A stretch of DNA of 44,996 nucleotides. It comes from an uncultured bacterium. Lineage in GTDB: Bacteria; T1Sed10-126; CAZEBV01. A model generated the notes under the pieces. That model did no database searches. It was not told the origin of the DNA and was given only the letters and a program-made list of their open reading frames with translations. The position numbers and the translations under genes are program-made. Where the stretch lies: contig CAZEBV010000001.1 in the NCBI GenBank assembly GCA_964510695.1, forward strand, positions 1 to 44,996, read 5' to 3'. Of the stretch, positions 1 through 9,551 are shown piece after piece (the stretch's first letter is position 1; every line of letters starts with the position of its first letter).

Positions 1-268
1 GGGAGACCGTCAGCAGGACGTCCTTTTTGTAGAGGACCTCGACGTCCTCCTCGAAGTCCGGGTCCTCGGATTCCACCGCGGTGATCTCGAAGGGGTACCG
101 TCTCGGGGACTCCCACGGGGCCACCCCGTTCCCCCGGACCGACCAGGACAGGTAGGGCGTCTCCGGCCGGTCGCCCTCCACGTTCTTCTTGATGCACCGG
201 GTGAGCCGGTCCTCGAAGCTGAGGATCCCCGGCACGAATATCGTCACCAGCGGGGCCCGGTCCGTCAC
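1..268 (-). CDS. N-terminal part of a neck/tail-completion protein cut by the window edge (continues at 44996..44713)
   Basis: GTG at 268 overlaps the stop of 265..648 (GTGA). Frame is open to nt 1 (VTDRAPLVTIFVPGILSFEDRLTRCIKKNVEG...). Lies between the head-tail joining genes and the sheath once the ends are joined. Confidence 0.6.
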   Translation of the reverse strand, partial: MTDRAPLVTIFVPGILSFEDRLTRCIKKNVEGDRPETPYLSWSVRGNGVAPWESPRRYPFEITAVESEDPDFEEDVEVLYKKDVLLTVS

Positions 269-648
269 GGCCGATCCCTCAGTTCCACGCGCCAGACGTC
301 CGCGGCGTCGTCCACGTCCCCCACCTCGTAGTCCCCCTCACCCGGGACGCTCACGATGTCCCCGCCGGTGATGTCCCATTCGGGGCGACGCTGAAGCCTC
401 CGGACGGACCGCTGGGGCACGTGCATCATGCGATCGGCCTGCACCTCGACGTTCGCGTCCTCCCGGCTCTGGTAGCGTTTGTCCGGTTCGTACAGCTCCG
501 CCTCGAGCTCGAAGGGGTCCGGGTCCTCCCCCACGAGGGGCTCCCCGGTCTTTTGACTCCAGTCCCGGTCGGCCGTGTGGTCAATCGTGACGGTCCTGGT
601 GTCCCCCAGCTTGGCGGAGCCGGCGGACATCCGGCTGCCGGGTTTCAT
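265..648 (-). CDS. Head-tail joining/adaptor protein (call is positional)
   Basis: 127-aa ORF with a TGATG overlap to the upstream gene and a GTGA overlap to the downstream gene. Follows the HK97 gp10-like gene. Confidence 0.5.
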   Translation of the reverse strand: MKPGSRMSAGSAKLGDTRTVTIDHTADRDWSQKTGEPLVGEDPDPFELEAELYEPDKRYQSREDANVEVQADRMMHVPQRSVRRLQRRPEWDITGGDIVSVPGEGDYEVGDVDDAADVWRVELRDRP

Positions 649-1181
649 CAGACCGGCTCCCAGGCGATGGCCTGAAACAGGCGGCCCTCGTCCCGAAGGG
701 GGACGGCATTACCGCCCCCACCATCCCCACCGCGCCGGAGCATCAGGGTCATGTCGGAGAGCGGCGGGCCGTTCTCGCCCATCTGTTGCTGCATGAAGGA
801 CTTGACCGTCTCCCCCACCAGGGGCATCAGGCTTTCGGGGGCGGCGTTCCCCTCGGCGATCTGGACCATCCGGGACCGGACGAGCGTGCGGATCTCGGCC
901 TCGTTGTCGTCCAAAGCCGGCCGGATGAACTGGCGCTCCGGGATGTGGATGTGGGTCTTCTCCTCCCGGAACCAGATCCCATGCACGAAGGCAAAGTAGT
1001 TGCGCATCTTCTCGGTGATGCGGATGGTGGCCCCGAACTCGTGAACGGACGCCTTGATCTGCTGGGTGCTTCCTCCTTTACCCATGACACCCACACGAAT
1101 CCCCGCCCCCTGGACCTCGCCGATCGCATCGACCAGCTGGGGCACGTTGTTCTCGTGGTCGGTGACCTTGACGGTGGCCAT
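648..1181 (-). CDS. HK97 gp10-like head-tail connector / tail-completion protein
   Basis: IHIPERQFIRPAL motif is typical of the HK97 gp10 family. Coupled 1-nt overlaps at both ends. Confidence 0.7.
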   Translation of the reverse strand: MATVKVTDHENNVPQLVDAIGEVQGAGIRVGVMGKGGSTQQIKASVHEFGATIRITEKMRNYFAFVHGIWFREEKTHIHIPERQFIRPALDDNEAEIRTLVRSRMVQIAEGNAAPESLMPLVGETVKSFMQQQMGENGPPLSDMTLMLRRGGDGGGGNAVPLRDEGRLFQAIAWEPV

Positions 1182-1576
1182 CAGCTAAAGACCCGGGGGG
1201 AGGTACGCCGGTCCTGCTGGACGGTGATGCCGACCTGACTCAAAAAGCCCTTGAGTGTCCGGCCGTGGCTCGTGTTCTCCAGCCACTTCTCGAGGTTCTG
1301 TTTCGGGATGGTCCAGGTGGCCGATCGGCCCTCCCGGCTGGCGCTCTGGGTTTCGGGCTCGGCGTCGTGCATCAGGTGGCAGGTGAGCAGTCGCTCCACG
1401 CGCTCCAGGACGTCGGCGGGGTCCGGATCCTTGCCGGAGCGGGCGCTTTCGATCGCATCCTTCCAGCGCAGGTCGACCTCGAGGGCGGCGTCGTCGAGGA
1501 TCTGCTGGATCTGGGGGTCGGTCAGGCCGGTCTCGCCGTAGGTGTTCAGGATGGCCTCTACGGAGGTCCGGGCCAT
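1181..1576 (-). CDS. Head-tail connector (gp6-like head-completion) protein
   Basis: 131 aa, helical N-terminal region. Placed between the capsid genes and the gp10-like gene; coupled overlaps at both ends. Confidence 0.5.
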   Translation of the reverse strand: MARTSVEAILNTYGETGLTDPQIQQILDDAALEVDLRWKDAIESARSGKDPDPADVLERVERLLTCHLMHDAEPETQSASREGRSATWTIPKQNLEKWLENTSHGRTLKGFLSQVGITVQQDRRTSPRVFS

Positions 1577-2223
1577 CAGCTACCGTCCTCGAGCGCCTCG
1601 ATCCTCTCCCGGATGGCCTCGTGGGCGCCGTCACGGTCCCGATTCTCGGCCTCGAGATCGCGCAGGGACTGCAGGGTGACCGCGTCGTCGATCTCGGCCA
1701 GGACGTCCTCGAGCTCCCCGATGGTGCCCTCCTCCCGGATGAGCTCATTTGCCCGCTGGGCGGGATCGTCCTGCACCTCCTCCTCGGACTCCTCGGCGTC
1801 CTCAGGGTCCTCCGGGTCGTCCTGATCGTCCTCGGGGGTTTCGGACGCCTCCTCGTCCTCGGCGTCCGCCTCGAGCGCCTCGAGACGTTCCCGGGCGGCC
1901 TCGACGACGGAGTCCTCGCGGTGGTCCTCCTCGATGATGAGCTCGAGGTCCTCGTCGTGCTGCCCGTCGCGGATCTGGCTCACGAGGGTCTGCCAGTTCT
2001 CGTCGTCGTAGGGGTACGAGCTTCCGGCCTCGCCGGACTCGGGCTCGTCGGCCTCCACCGGCTCGGGGATAAGCTCCTCGTCCCAGAGCTCGGGCCATTC
2101 GCGCTTGTAGCGATGGGCCTCCGACTCGGTGAGGGTGACGGTCTCGTCGGGGTAGATCCCGGAGTGACCGGTGGCGCATCGCTTCTGGTCGCCGGTGTTG
2201 GTGATCTGGATGGCGTCGGGCAT
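1576..2223 (-). CDS. Extremely acidic head-module protein, function unknown
   Basis: 215 aa, about 75 D/E against about 16 K/R by my count. GGGAGG SD 7 nt before the ATG. Preceded by a TTTACGCGCGTAAA palindrome. Confidence 0.7.
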   Translation of the reverse strand: MPDAIQITNTGDQKRCATGHSGIYPDETVTLTESEAHRYKREWPELWDEELIPEPVEADEPESGEAGSSYPYDDENWQTLVSQIRDGQHDEDLELIIEEDHREDSVVEAARERLEALEADAEDEEASETPEDDQDDPEDPEDAEESEEEVQDDPAQRANELIREEGTIGELEDVLAEIDDAVTLQSLRDLEAENRDRDGAHEAIRERIEALEDGS

Positions 2224-2243
2224 GGGTCGCCTCCCGGAGGAGA

Positions 2244-2257
2244 TTTACGCGCGTAAA
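2244..2257. repeat. Palindrome TTTACGCGCGTAAA, copy 1 (perfect)
   Basis: Lies in the 44-bp gap between the capsid stop (2268) and the next ATG (2223). Confidence 0.8.
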
Positions 2258-2267
2258 CGCGGGCCGA

Positions 2268-3281
2268 TCAGACCCCGTCCATCTGGACGATGGCGTCGGC
2301 GTCGAAGATCCGAAGCCCGGCCGTGGTGATCCGGCTCCTGAGCAGGACGTTGTCGTTGCGCAGGGTCTGCGGATCCAGCATCCGGGCGATGTCGGAGGTG
2401 AGGACGTCGAAGTTGGGCTCCTCGGCGTCCTCGTTCTCGTCGGGGTTCGCGTCCGGGGCGAGCGCCAGGAGCGTGTGCTGCCCGGCGCCGTCCGTGTCCT
2501 CGAGCTGGCTGACGGGGACGACCTGCCCCACGTTCTCCTTGTTTTCGATGATCTCCAGGAGCGTGCGGGTGTCGCCCTGGGTCGGCGCGATCCGGGTGCG
2601 GTTCAGCAGCGCGTACCGGTCGCGGGGAATGCCCAGGTCCCAGGGGGGCATCATGCCGACCTGGTTCTCCAGCTGCTCGACGGCCCGGTCGACGTCCGCG
2701 AGGATGTCCTCGGGGTTGCCGTTGGCCAGCTTCGTGGGCCAGTCGTTGGCGTTCAGGGGGGCGACGGTCTGCGCGTTGCCGGTGGTGGCCAGCCCGGGGA
2801 TCCCGTAGGCGGTCGACCCGAGGAAGATCAGCCGGTCCTCGAACCGGAAGTGCGCCCGGCGCATGACCCGCGTGCCGCGAGTGCGAATCGGCCGGTCGTT
2901 CTCCCGGGCGGCGGCGACCTCCTGGGCCTTCAGCTCGTAGCCCAGCACGCGGTACAGCTGGGCGTTCGTCCGGGGTTCGATGTCCTCCTCCACCTGCATG
3001 AACTCGGTGGCCTGCTCGGCGGTGAACTCGTCGTTCTCCTCGTTCTCCTCGTCGCGGTAGACGCGGTCCACGACCTCGTCGTGCTGGACTTCCTTGGCCC
3101 ACCAGGGCGCGTCGCTGGTGACCGGCACGAGCAGCCGTCCCGTGAGCTCCTCCTCGCGGAAGCTGACCAGCCGGTTCTCCAGGTAACGCAGGTCCTCCTC
3201 GCGCAGCCCGGACGCCGAAGCGTCGGACGTGGCCACGCTGGTGTCACTGGAGCTCAGGTCGATAAGGTTGCGCACGGTCAT
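2268..3281 (-). CDS. Major capsid protein (HK97-fold type)
   Basis: 337 aa. Sits after the scaffold and decoration genes and before the connector genes. Sequence character resembles phage/encapsulin-type capsid proteins. Confidence 0.8.
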   Translation of the reverse strand: MTVRNLIDLSSSDTSVATSDASASGLREEDLRYLENRLVSFREEELTGRLLVPVTSDAPWWAKEVQHDEVVDRVYRDEENEENDEFTAEQATEFMQVEEDIEPRTNAQLYRVLGYELKAQEVAAARENDRPIRTRGTRVMRRAHFRFEDRLIFLGSTAYGIPGLATTGNAQTVAPLNANDWPTKLANGNPEDILADVDRAVEQLENQVGMMPPWDLGIPRDRYALLNRTRIAPTQGDTRTLLEIIENKENVGQVVPVSQLEDTDGAGQHTLLALAPDANPDENEDAEEPNFDVLTSDIARMLDPQTLRNDNVLLRSRITTAGLRIFDADAIVQMDGV

Positions 3282-3318
3282 GGACCTCCCATGTCCAGGG
3301 TCTACCGCGTCTCAGTTA

Positions 3319-3777
3319 TCAGGTCTCCGTGGGCCGCAGCCGGATGGCCCCGTTGTCCTGGGCGCCCCCGGGCGGCACCGCGATCTCGGCGTTCGTCAGA
3401 GCCACCACGGGCGTCGTGGCGGTCGACTCGGGCCGGAACGTGGAGGTGGCGGGGTCGATGACCACGCCCTCACCCTTGGCCCCGTCCTCCTCGAAGGGCA
3501 CGACGGGTTGGCCGAGGCTCCCGGGCCGAAGCACGGGCACGGGGTCGTTCTCGGCGTAGGTGTGAGGCGGCCCGGCGTCCTGGTCGGCCCGCATGCTGTC
3601 CAGGGCGATGCCCACGAACTCCTCACCGGTGTCGTCGAAGACCTCCACCTCGTCCTCGTCGGCGGTGGCTCGCTGGAGGGGATCACCGGCGCTGATTGCT
3701 TCGGCGGCGCGGAACGTGTCGACCTCGGTCTCCGCGCTCTTGTGCAGGTTTCCGAGCATGTGATCCGGAAAAGGCAT
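3319..3777 (-). CDS. Capsid accessory/decoration protein (DUF2190-like)
   Basis: 152 aa, directly upstream of the major capsid gene. Gly/Pro-rich beta-type sequence as in DUF2190 head proteins. Confidence 0.5.
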   Translation of the reverse strand: MPFPDHMLGNLHKSAETEVDTFRAAEAISAGDPLQRATADEDEVEVFDDTGEEFVGIALDSMRADQDAGPPHTYAENDPVPVLRPGSLGQPVVPFEEDGAKGEGVVIDPATSTFRPESTATTPVVALTNAEIAVPPGGAQDNGAIRLRPTET

Positions 3778-3815
3778 CGCTCAGGCCTCCCTGAAAGTGC
3801 GGGCGATCGTCAGCG

Positions 3816-5636
3816 TCACGATCCGACGTGCGCCCGGGGGTTATCCAGCTTCTGTCGCTTCTCCTCGGTGTCCTTTTGCAGGTCCTCGACGTCCTGGACC
3901 TCCTGGACCTCCTCGTCCTCGGTGCCTTCGTCGGGGTCTTCGACTTCCTCACCGTCTTCGTCGGGGGTGTCCCCGGAGGGCACGCCGTCCAGCACCGAAT
4001 CCAGCCGCGCCCGGAGGTAGGTGTCCTCGTCCATGTCCTCGGGGAGCCCGTCGGTGGCTGCCTCGACGTCGACGTCCGCGAGGATCTGAAGGGCGTCCTT
4101 CATGACCTCCTGCAGGGACTTCACGTTCCCCTGCTCGTCGGTGAAGGAGTAGTCCTCCTGCTCCTCCTGGATGGCCATGATGAGCTGGATCTTGAAGTTT
4201 TCGTCCTCCTCGGAGCCGCCTTCCTCGGGGCCCTCCGGCCCGGGCTGTTCCTGGAGCTGTTCCAGCTGATCCTCGATCCCGTCGAGGCGGCCCTGGAGGT
4301 CGCTTCGCTCCTCGCGGAGGTCCTCCAGTTCGGCGTCGGCGCACCGCAGAAGATAGACCGCTCGCTCGATCTCGTCGGAGCACTCCTCGCAGTCGACGTC
4401 GCTGAGGTCGACCTCGTGTTCTTGCCCGTCGATCGTCACGGTCACTTTCACGGCGGCAGCGCCTCCTCGGTCGGTGGTCTCGCTTTTTTCGCCTGGTTCG
4501 CCCCCATTGTCACGCCCTGCAAAATCGGGCGCAATCATATCCGCGATCCTATCCAGGGTGTCCGTGGACTCCCCCTCCTGGTCGGGCAGCATTTCCTCCA
4601 GGCGGGACCGGGACACGCCCAAAGTCTGGGCGATGGCGCTTCGAACCGCGTCCGACGGGATGATGGCCCCGGCCACCTGGGCCCGGACTTCCTCGACGGT
4701 GCGGTTTGACAGCCCCGCGATCGACTCGAGGACCTCCTCGCGGTCCTTTTCCATGTTCTGGATGCGGCTGGTGACGAACTCCCCGAAGGACTGGTCGAGC
4801 ACGGCCTGAAGCTCATCGAGGTCCTCGGGGAGGGCGTCCTCGTTGTTCTCTGAGAAGTGCTCGACCTCCCGCAGCCGCTGGACGGCTTCCTCGCGGGTCT
4901 CGAAGCACCCGAACTCCCGGTCCCCATCCTCGGACACCACGCACCACTCGTCGTCGCGCTCGACGATGCGGTCGTTGACGTTCAGGGCGTCCGTGGCGTC
5001 GATGCCCACCCCCACCACCCGGGCGTCCTGGGTCTCCTCGATCGAGCAGGTGGGCCCGCATCGCCCCTGGTCGACGACGGCCGAGTGCCAGAAACGAAGG
5101 TTGCGCTGGGTGGCCTCGTAGTCCTGACCGCGGAAGGTGCCCGGTTCGTCGTGGATGTCCACCAGGCGGGCCGTCGAAATCTGGGCCCGGCCCTCCTCGA
5201 TCGACTCGGCGAGGCCGGCGTCCGTGATGACCATGGCCGTCGCCAGAGCCGCCACCTCGCCGTAGATGTCGTCCTCCACGGTGACGAGGTAGACCTGCTC
5301 CCCGTTCATGCCCTCCGCGTACTGGTCCACCTGGTCGGCCTGCTCGGCGGTGATGGGGGGGTGTCCGTCCGTGACGGCGGCGCCGGCCAGCGTCGTTCGC
5401 GCGACGTCGCTGGTGAGCTCCTCCCGGGGGACGTGCTCCCACTGCAGGCGGGTCTCCCCGGGCTGCATGTCCTCGGGCGGGTCCACCAGGGCGTCGATGC
5501 CGCGGTTGTAGGGCATCGGCCCCTCTCGAATCTGCACCACCCGCTCGACGACCAGCTCGCCGTCCTCGCGGCGTACGTCCAGCGTCGCGCTTGGCATCCA
5601 GTCGATTCGCACCTGGTCAGACTGCAACGGCACCAC
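3816..5636 (-). CDS. Prohead protease/scaffold fusion (DUF2213-like N-domain plus acidic coiled-coil C-domain)
   Basis: 606 aa. The N-terminal ~200 aa resemble DUF2213 head-maturation proteins. The C-terminal half is acidic coiled coil. Lies between the MuF-like and capsid genes. The exact start (GTG 5636 or TTG 5627) is uncertain. Confidence 0.6.
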   Translation of the reverse strand: MVPLQSDQVRIDWMPSATLDVRREDGELVVERVVQIREGPMPYNRGIDALVDPPEDMQPGETRLQWEHVPREELTSDVARTTLAGAAVTDGHPPITAEQADQVDQYAEGMNGEQVYLVTVEDDIYGEVAALATAMVITDAGLAESIEEGRAQISTARLVDIHDEPGTFRGQDYEATQRNLRFWHSAVVDQGRCGPTCSIEETQDARVVGVGIDATDALNVNDRIVERDDEWCVVSEDGDREFGCFETREEAVQRLREVEHFSENNEDALPEDLDELQAVLDQSFGEFVTSRIQNMEKDREEVLESIAGLSNRTVEEVRAQVAGAIIPSDAVRSAIAQTLGVSRSRLEEMLPDQEGESTDTLDRIADMIAPDFAGRDNGGEPGEKSETTDRGGAAAVKVTVTIDGQEHEVDLSDVDCEECSDEIERAVYLLRCADAELEDLREERSDLQGRLDGIEDQLEQLQEQPGPEGPEEGGSEEDENFKIQLIMAIQEEQEDYSFTDEQGNVKSLQEVMKDALQILADVDVEAATDGLPEDMDEDTYLRARLDSVLDGVPSGDTPDEDGEEVEDPDEGTEDEEVQEVQDVEDLQKDTEEKRQKLDNPRAHVGS

Positions 5637-6417
5637 CTCCTCGAAATTCGGCCTGCGCGTCCTCGGCCACCACGTTCGCCCCGCATCGACACTGAATGTC
5701 CCGCCCGGGGTAGCCGGACTCGGACATCGAGGACGGGGCCCCTTCCTGCCAGGTGAATATCTGGCCGTTCGCCCGGCGGTGCCCGTCCCGCGTCCGAGAG
5801 TCGCCCACGGCGTTCCACATAAACTTCCGAAGGCCCGCGTCCCGGTGGCGACGCTCGGTAAGCTGCCCGGAGACCTTCCCGACCTGGTCGCGGGCGATGC
5901 GTTCGGCGTTGAACCGGGCCTTCGCCCCGCCCCGGGGGATCACCTTCTCCAGCTGCTCCCGGGACCACCCTTCATTGATGGCCCGCTTCGTCAGCTGCTC
6001 GATGCGATCGTAGTGCCGCTCGGGCAGCGTCCGGATCAGCTCCACGTTCTCGTCGACCTGACGCGCCAGGAACCGCTCCATCTCCCGGGAGCGCCGGAAG
6101 GGCTGGACGCCGGCCACGGCTTCAAGCTCCCGCTCGAAACTGGCGTTGACCGTCTCGATGACCGGCCGCAGGGACTCCTCCGCGATGTCCTCCCACGCGA
6201 TCGACGTGGCAAACCCGTTCAGCTCGGCCCGAAGGTCCTCGAGGACCGTTCGCATTACGGGGTCGCGCACCTGGTCCTGGGCCTCCTCGGGCGGGATGAT
6301 CGACTCGAGGACGGACACGATCCGGTCCGCGTGGTCCTGGACGATCTCCTCCTGCTTGGCGGTCGTCTTCCACAGCGCCCGGCGGTAGGTGTCGAAACTG
6401 GACTGCGGGAAGATCAC
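5617..6417 (-). CDS. Minor head protein, Mu F / SPP1 gp7 family
   Basis: DSRTRDGHRRANGQIF ... PGRDIQCRC motif. GTGA overlap with the portal stop. Confidence 0.8.
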   Translation of the reverse strand: MIFPQSSFDTYRRALWKTTAKQEEIVQDHADRIVSVLESIIPPEEAQDQVRDPVMRTVLEDLRAELNGFATSIAWEDIAEESLRPVIETVNASFERELEAVAGVQPFRRSREMERFLARQVDENVELIRTLPERHYDRIEQLTKRAINEGWSREQLEKVIPRGGAKARFNAERIARDQVGKVSGQLTERRHRDAGLRKFMWNAVGDSRTRDGHRRANGQIFTWQEGAPSSMSESGYPGRDIQCRCGANVVAEDAQAEFRGGGAVAV

Positions 6418-7955
6418 GCCGGCACACTATCCTCGAGGCCTTCGTCCTCGGTGCCGTGTTCGTACTCCCCGATCGACCGCTCGGCCGCCGAGGCCGCGCT
6501 GCCCTCGTCGGGCAGGTCGATGTCGTCCAGGGTCTCCCCCCGGTTGATGCGCTGAAGCATCTCGGTGGCCTCGGGGATGCCGATGGCCCCGCGGGAGGCC
6601 ATCTCGACGACCCGCTGGGTCTGGATGCGCTGGGTCTCGGCCTCCAGCTTGGCCACCTGGGCCTTGCGCTTCTCGTCGGGCTCGAAAATCGGGTTCCACT
6701 CGATCGCATACTCCACCGCCGAGGGCGGGATGACCGGCCCGCCGGTCGAGTCGGTCGGGATGATCTCCCCGTAGGTCCGAAGCGCCACGTCGATCATGAA
6801 GCGAAGCGCGGGGGACAGATACCGGTCCCGGTAGCTTCCGATGCGGGAAAAATAGACCTGCGTGTCCTTCTCGGCCCCGCTGACTTCGCCCTGCTGCTGG
6901 CCGAACAACACGGACTTGGGCGTCTGGGTCGCGGCGGCCAGCATCTCTTTGAGGAATTCGAGATAGGCCGCCATCCCACCGGTGGCCTGACCGGACCCGG
7001 CGAACTCGAGCTCCTCGTCGTTCTTGTCGATCATGGCCAGGCTGAGGGCGTTCATGTGCTCCTGGAGCATGTTCTGGGCGACCTCGAGCTGCCGGCGGGA
7101 GTCCATCGAGGACAGGTCGGTCTTCAGGATCTTCAAAACCGACTGGTAGACGGCCTGCCCGGCGGCCCACTCGGCGTTCATAAAGGCCTTGAGAGTGGTG
7201 GTCATCCGGCGGTAGACCGACAGGCCCCGACCGTCCCGATCGGCGCTGGCGGACTTGGACTCCCGGGGGCGCACGAAGTGGAAGCGGGAGGGGTGGACCT
7301 TCACCCGCTTGTAGGTGTCCTCCCGGGTCCGATACTGCACCTTGATCCAGTCGAACCCCCCGTAGTCGGCGGTGAAGGGGTTGGAATTGATCTCCCACTC
7401 GTGCAGGTCATCCCCGCCGACCACGTTGAAGGTGTGCAGGGCCGTCGGGCGCTCCGACAGCGGGTCCTTCCAGCGCTGGTCGCCGGCCTCCTCGGTCACG
7501 GGCCACACGAAGCCCACGCCCTCATGGCGCTCGGTCTCCACCAGCTTTTCGAGGGTCTCGAAAACGGGGTTGCGCTCGTCCTCGAGCCAGTCGTTGATCC
7601 AGCCCTCGATCTGCGCCGCGTTCTCCTCGGAGATACGGTCGTTCTCGGCGACGCTGACCGTGGCGCCGTTGCGGGTGGCGTACTCGGCGTGCTGGTCGAT
7701 GATGCGGTCGGTGATCCAGGAGGTGTCGTGGATGGCGTCGCGTTCCCGCTCGGAGAGGTCCTCCACCCGGGATCGCACGAAGGTCTGCCCGGAGAGCGGG
7801 TCTTTGTCGGGGTCGCCCTTGGCGGACATGCCCAGCGACCCCAGAAGCTCGTCCTGGACGGGCGCCTCGTCGGGGTTGTCCTGGGTGGTGAGGCCGCGGG
7901 CTTTCGGTACGGAGAGGCTGGAGCCGCCGCCGACGTCGCGGGTCTCGAAGCGCAT
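6414..7955 (-). CDS. Portal protein
   Basis: 513 aa between TerL and the MuF-like gene. Start set at ATG 7955 (MRFETRD), directly preceded by the CTTGGGGGAGTAGGC leader. The longer 549-aa ORF in the track has an Arg/Pro/Ser-rich, implausible N-terminus. Confidence 0.8.
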   Translation of the reverse strand: MRFETRDVGGGSSLSVPKARGLTTQDNPDEAPVQDELLGSLGMSAKGDPDKDPLSGQTFVRSRVEDLSERERDAIHDTSWITDRIIDQHAEYATRNGATVSVAENDRISEENAAQIEGWINDWLEDERNPVFETLEKLVETERHEGVGFVWPVTEEAGDQRWKDPLSERPTALHTFNVVGGDDLHEWEINSNPFTADYGGFDWIKVQYRTREDTYKRVKVHPSRFHFVRPRESKSASADRDGRGLSVYRRMTTTLKAFMNAEWAAGQAVYQSVLKILKTDLSSMDSRRQLEVAQNMLQEHMNALSLAMIDKNDEELEFAGSGQATGGMAAYLEFLKEMLAAATQTPKSVLFGQQQGEVSGAEKDTQVYFSRIGSYRDRYLSPALRFMIDVALRTYGEIIPTDSTGGPVIPPSAVEYAIEWNPIFEPDEKRKAQVAKLEAETQRIQTQRVVEMASRGAIGIPEATEMLQRINRGETLDDIDLPDEGSAASAAERSIGEYEHGTEDEGLEDSVPA

Positions 7956-8102
7956 GCCTACTCCCCCAAGTCCGGAGGGTCCGGTGGTCGATCTCACCCC
8001 CGAGGGTGGCGGAAAGGAAGGGCGGGCGCAATCATAGGAGGCGCTCTCGTCAAACTGGCGCACGGCCGGCGGGGTGCGGGGCCTGCGGTCGGGCTGAGCG
8101 GA

Positions 8103-9551
8103 TCAGTCCCCGAATCGGAGGTCCGACACGTGCGACCCTTCCCCGGATCCGAACATCTCGATCAGCTTTTTGACGGCGTAGACGTGGGCGTCCAGCCGAT
8201 CGGGGGACCAGTCCGAGCCCTGGGTCCACTTGATGAGCTGCTCCTCGAGCTCCTCCAGGACGCCGACGTGGTGCAGCCGTTCGTGACGGTTGTAGAGCAC
8301 GTCCACGTCCCCCGCCCGCAGCAGCTTCCCGCGTTTCGCGTTCACGTCGTCAAAAGCCACGTTCGGGTCAATCGAGAGGATGGTCGATGCCACCATGTCC
8401 CCGCCGAAGTTTGTCTCCCCGACGATCCAGTCGGCCTCCAGGTCGTGATATAGCTCCACCGCCGCCGACCCCCACACGGAGGGCTTGCCCTTCAGGGAGT
8501 AGTCCTCGGGGGTGTAAAATTCGCCGTCGAAGCCGAAGGCGTCCGCCACGATGCCGGCCTCGGCCCCCTCCTCGGATCCAGGCGGATCCACGCCCACCAC
8601 CACGCCTCGGTAGGCGGGGGTCTCTGAGGTCTTCACTCGCAGCTCGTCGATTTGCTCCTGGGTGGTGATGGCGTTCTCGCCGGCGTCCTTCGGCGGGTCC
8701 TGCTGGTACTTCGACAGCCAGACGCGCCGGGGGATGTCCTGTCGGGTCTCGACCAGCTCCTCGAGGGGCATCAGGGTCGGGTTCAGCGCCTCCCCCGGAT
8801 CCCGCGGGTCGTGGACGTTCTGGCGAGCGTTCTCCTCGGTCTGGATGGCCGGGAAGTTGAGGACCTCCCACTTCTCGCCCTCCTCCTCCAGGAGCCAGCC
8901 CGCCAGGTCGTTCACGTCCCACCGCTGCATGAGGAGGATCACCGTCGCCCCCTTCTTGCGGCGGTCCCACAGTGTCCCGTTCCACCAGCGCCGGCGGCGT
9001 TCCCGTTTGACCCGGCTCATGGCGTCCTGCTCGTTCTTGATCGGGTCGTCGACAATGATGACGTCCCCGTGGAAGCCGGTGATGCCGCCCTTCATGCCGG
9101 TCGAAAGCATCCCGCCCCCCTCGACGGTGCGAAACTCGGACACGCCGGCGGCGTCGGGGTTCAGCTGGACGTCGATGTCGGGGTTGTCCCTCAGCTCGTC
9201 GCGCACCTTGCGGCCGTAGTGGTGGGCCAGGTCGTCCGAGTACGAGGTCCCGATGATCTCCCAGTCCGGCCAGGTGTCCAAAATCCAGCACGGCGTGCGG
9301 TGAAAGATCAGCTCGCTTTTGCCGTGGACGGGGGGCATGTTCAGCATGAGCCGGCGACCGCCCTCGAGGATCGCGTCCTGGACGATCCGGGCGATGCGCT
9401 TCAAATAGGCAAAGTCCCCGTCGGCCCGCCAGACGCCCCCGGAGGTTCGCTCGGCGTGGTTCGATAGGTCGTCCGGGCCGAACTGGGAGGGGTCGGTGGG
9501 TTCGACGCGGGAGCGAAACAGGCTCGCCCCGCGCTCTTTCAGATCATCCAT
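8103..9551 (-). CDS. terL: Terminase large subunit
   Basis: Walker A-like MPPVHGKSE, Walker B VIIVDDP, and a C-terminal nuclease-type VVGVDPPGS segment. Sits upstream of the portal gene. Confidence 0.9.
   Translation of the reverse strand: MDDLKERGASLFRSRVEPTDPSQFGPDDLSNHAERTSGGVWRADGDFAYLKRIARIVQDAILEGGRRLMLNMPPVHGKSELIFHRTPCWILDTWPDWEIIGTSYSDDLAHHYGRKVRDELRDNPDIDVQLNPDAAGVSEFRTVEGGGMLSTGMKGGITGFHGDVIIVDDPIKNEQDAMSRVKRERRRRWWNGTLWDRRKKGATVILLMQRWDVNDLAGWLLEEEGEKWEVLNFPAIQTEENARQNVHDPRDPGEALNPTLMPLEELVETRQDIPRRVWLSKYQQDPPKDAGENAITTQEQIDELRVKTSETPAYRGVVVGVDPPGSEEGAEAGIVADAFGFDGEFYTPEDYSLKGKPSVWGSAAVELYHDLEADWIVGETNFGGDMVASTILSIDPNVAFDDVNAKRGKLLRAGDVDVLYNRHERLHHVGVLEELEEQLIKWTQGSDWSPDRLDAHVYAVKKLIEMFGSGEGSHVSDLRFGD

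Noticed and set aside
6456-8453. Very long + strand ORFs opposite the structural genes (6456..8453, 665 aa; also 15958..18066, 34495..36543, 43146..44882, and many Arg/Pro/Gly-rich ORFs in both directions).
   Set aside because: These look like shadow ORFs of GC-rich DNA. They have Arg/Pro/Gly/Leu-biased, low-complexity translations, no SD sequences and no recognisable motifs. Each lies antisense to or out of frame with genes that have clear family signatures and coupled starts.
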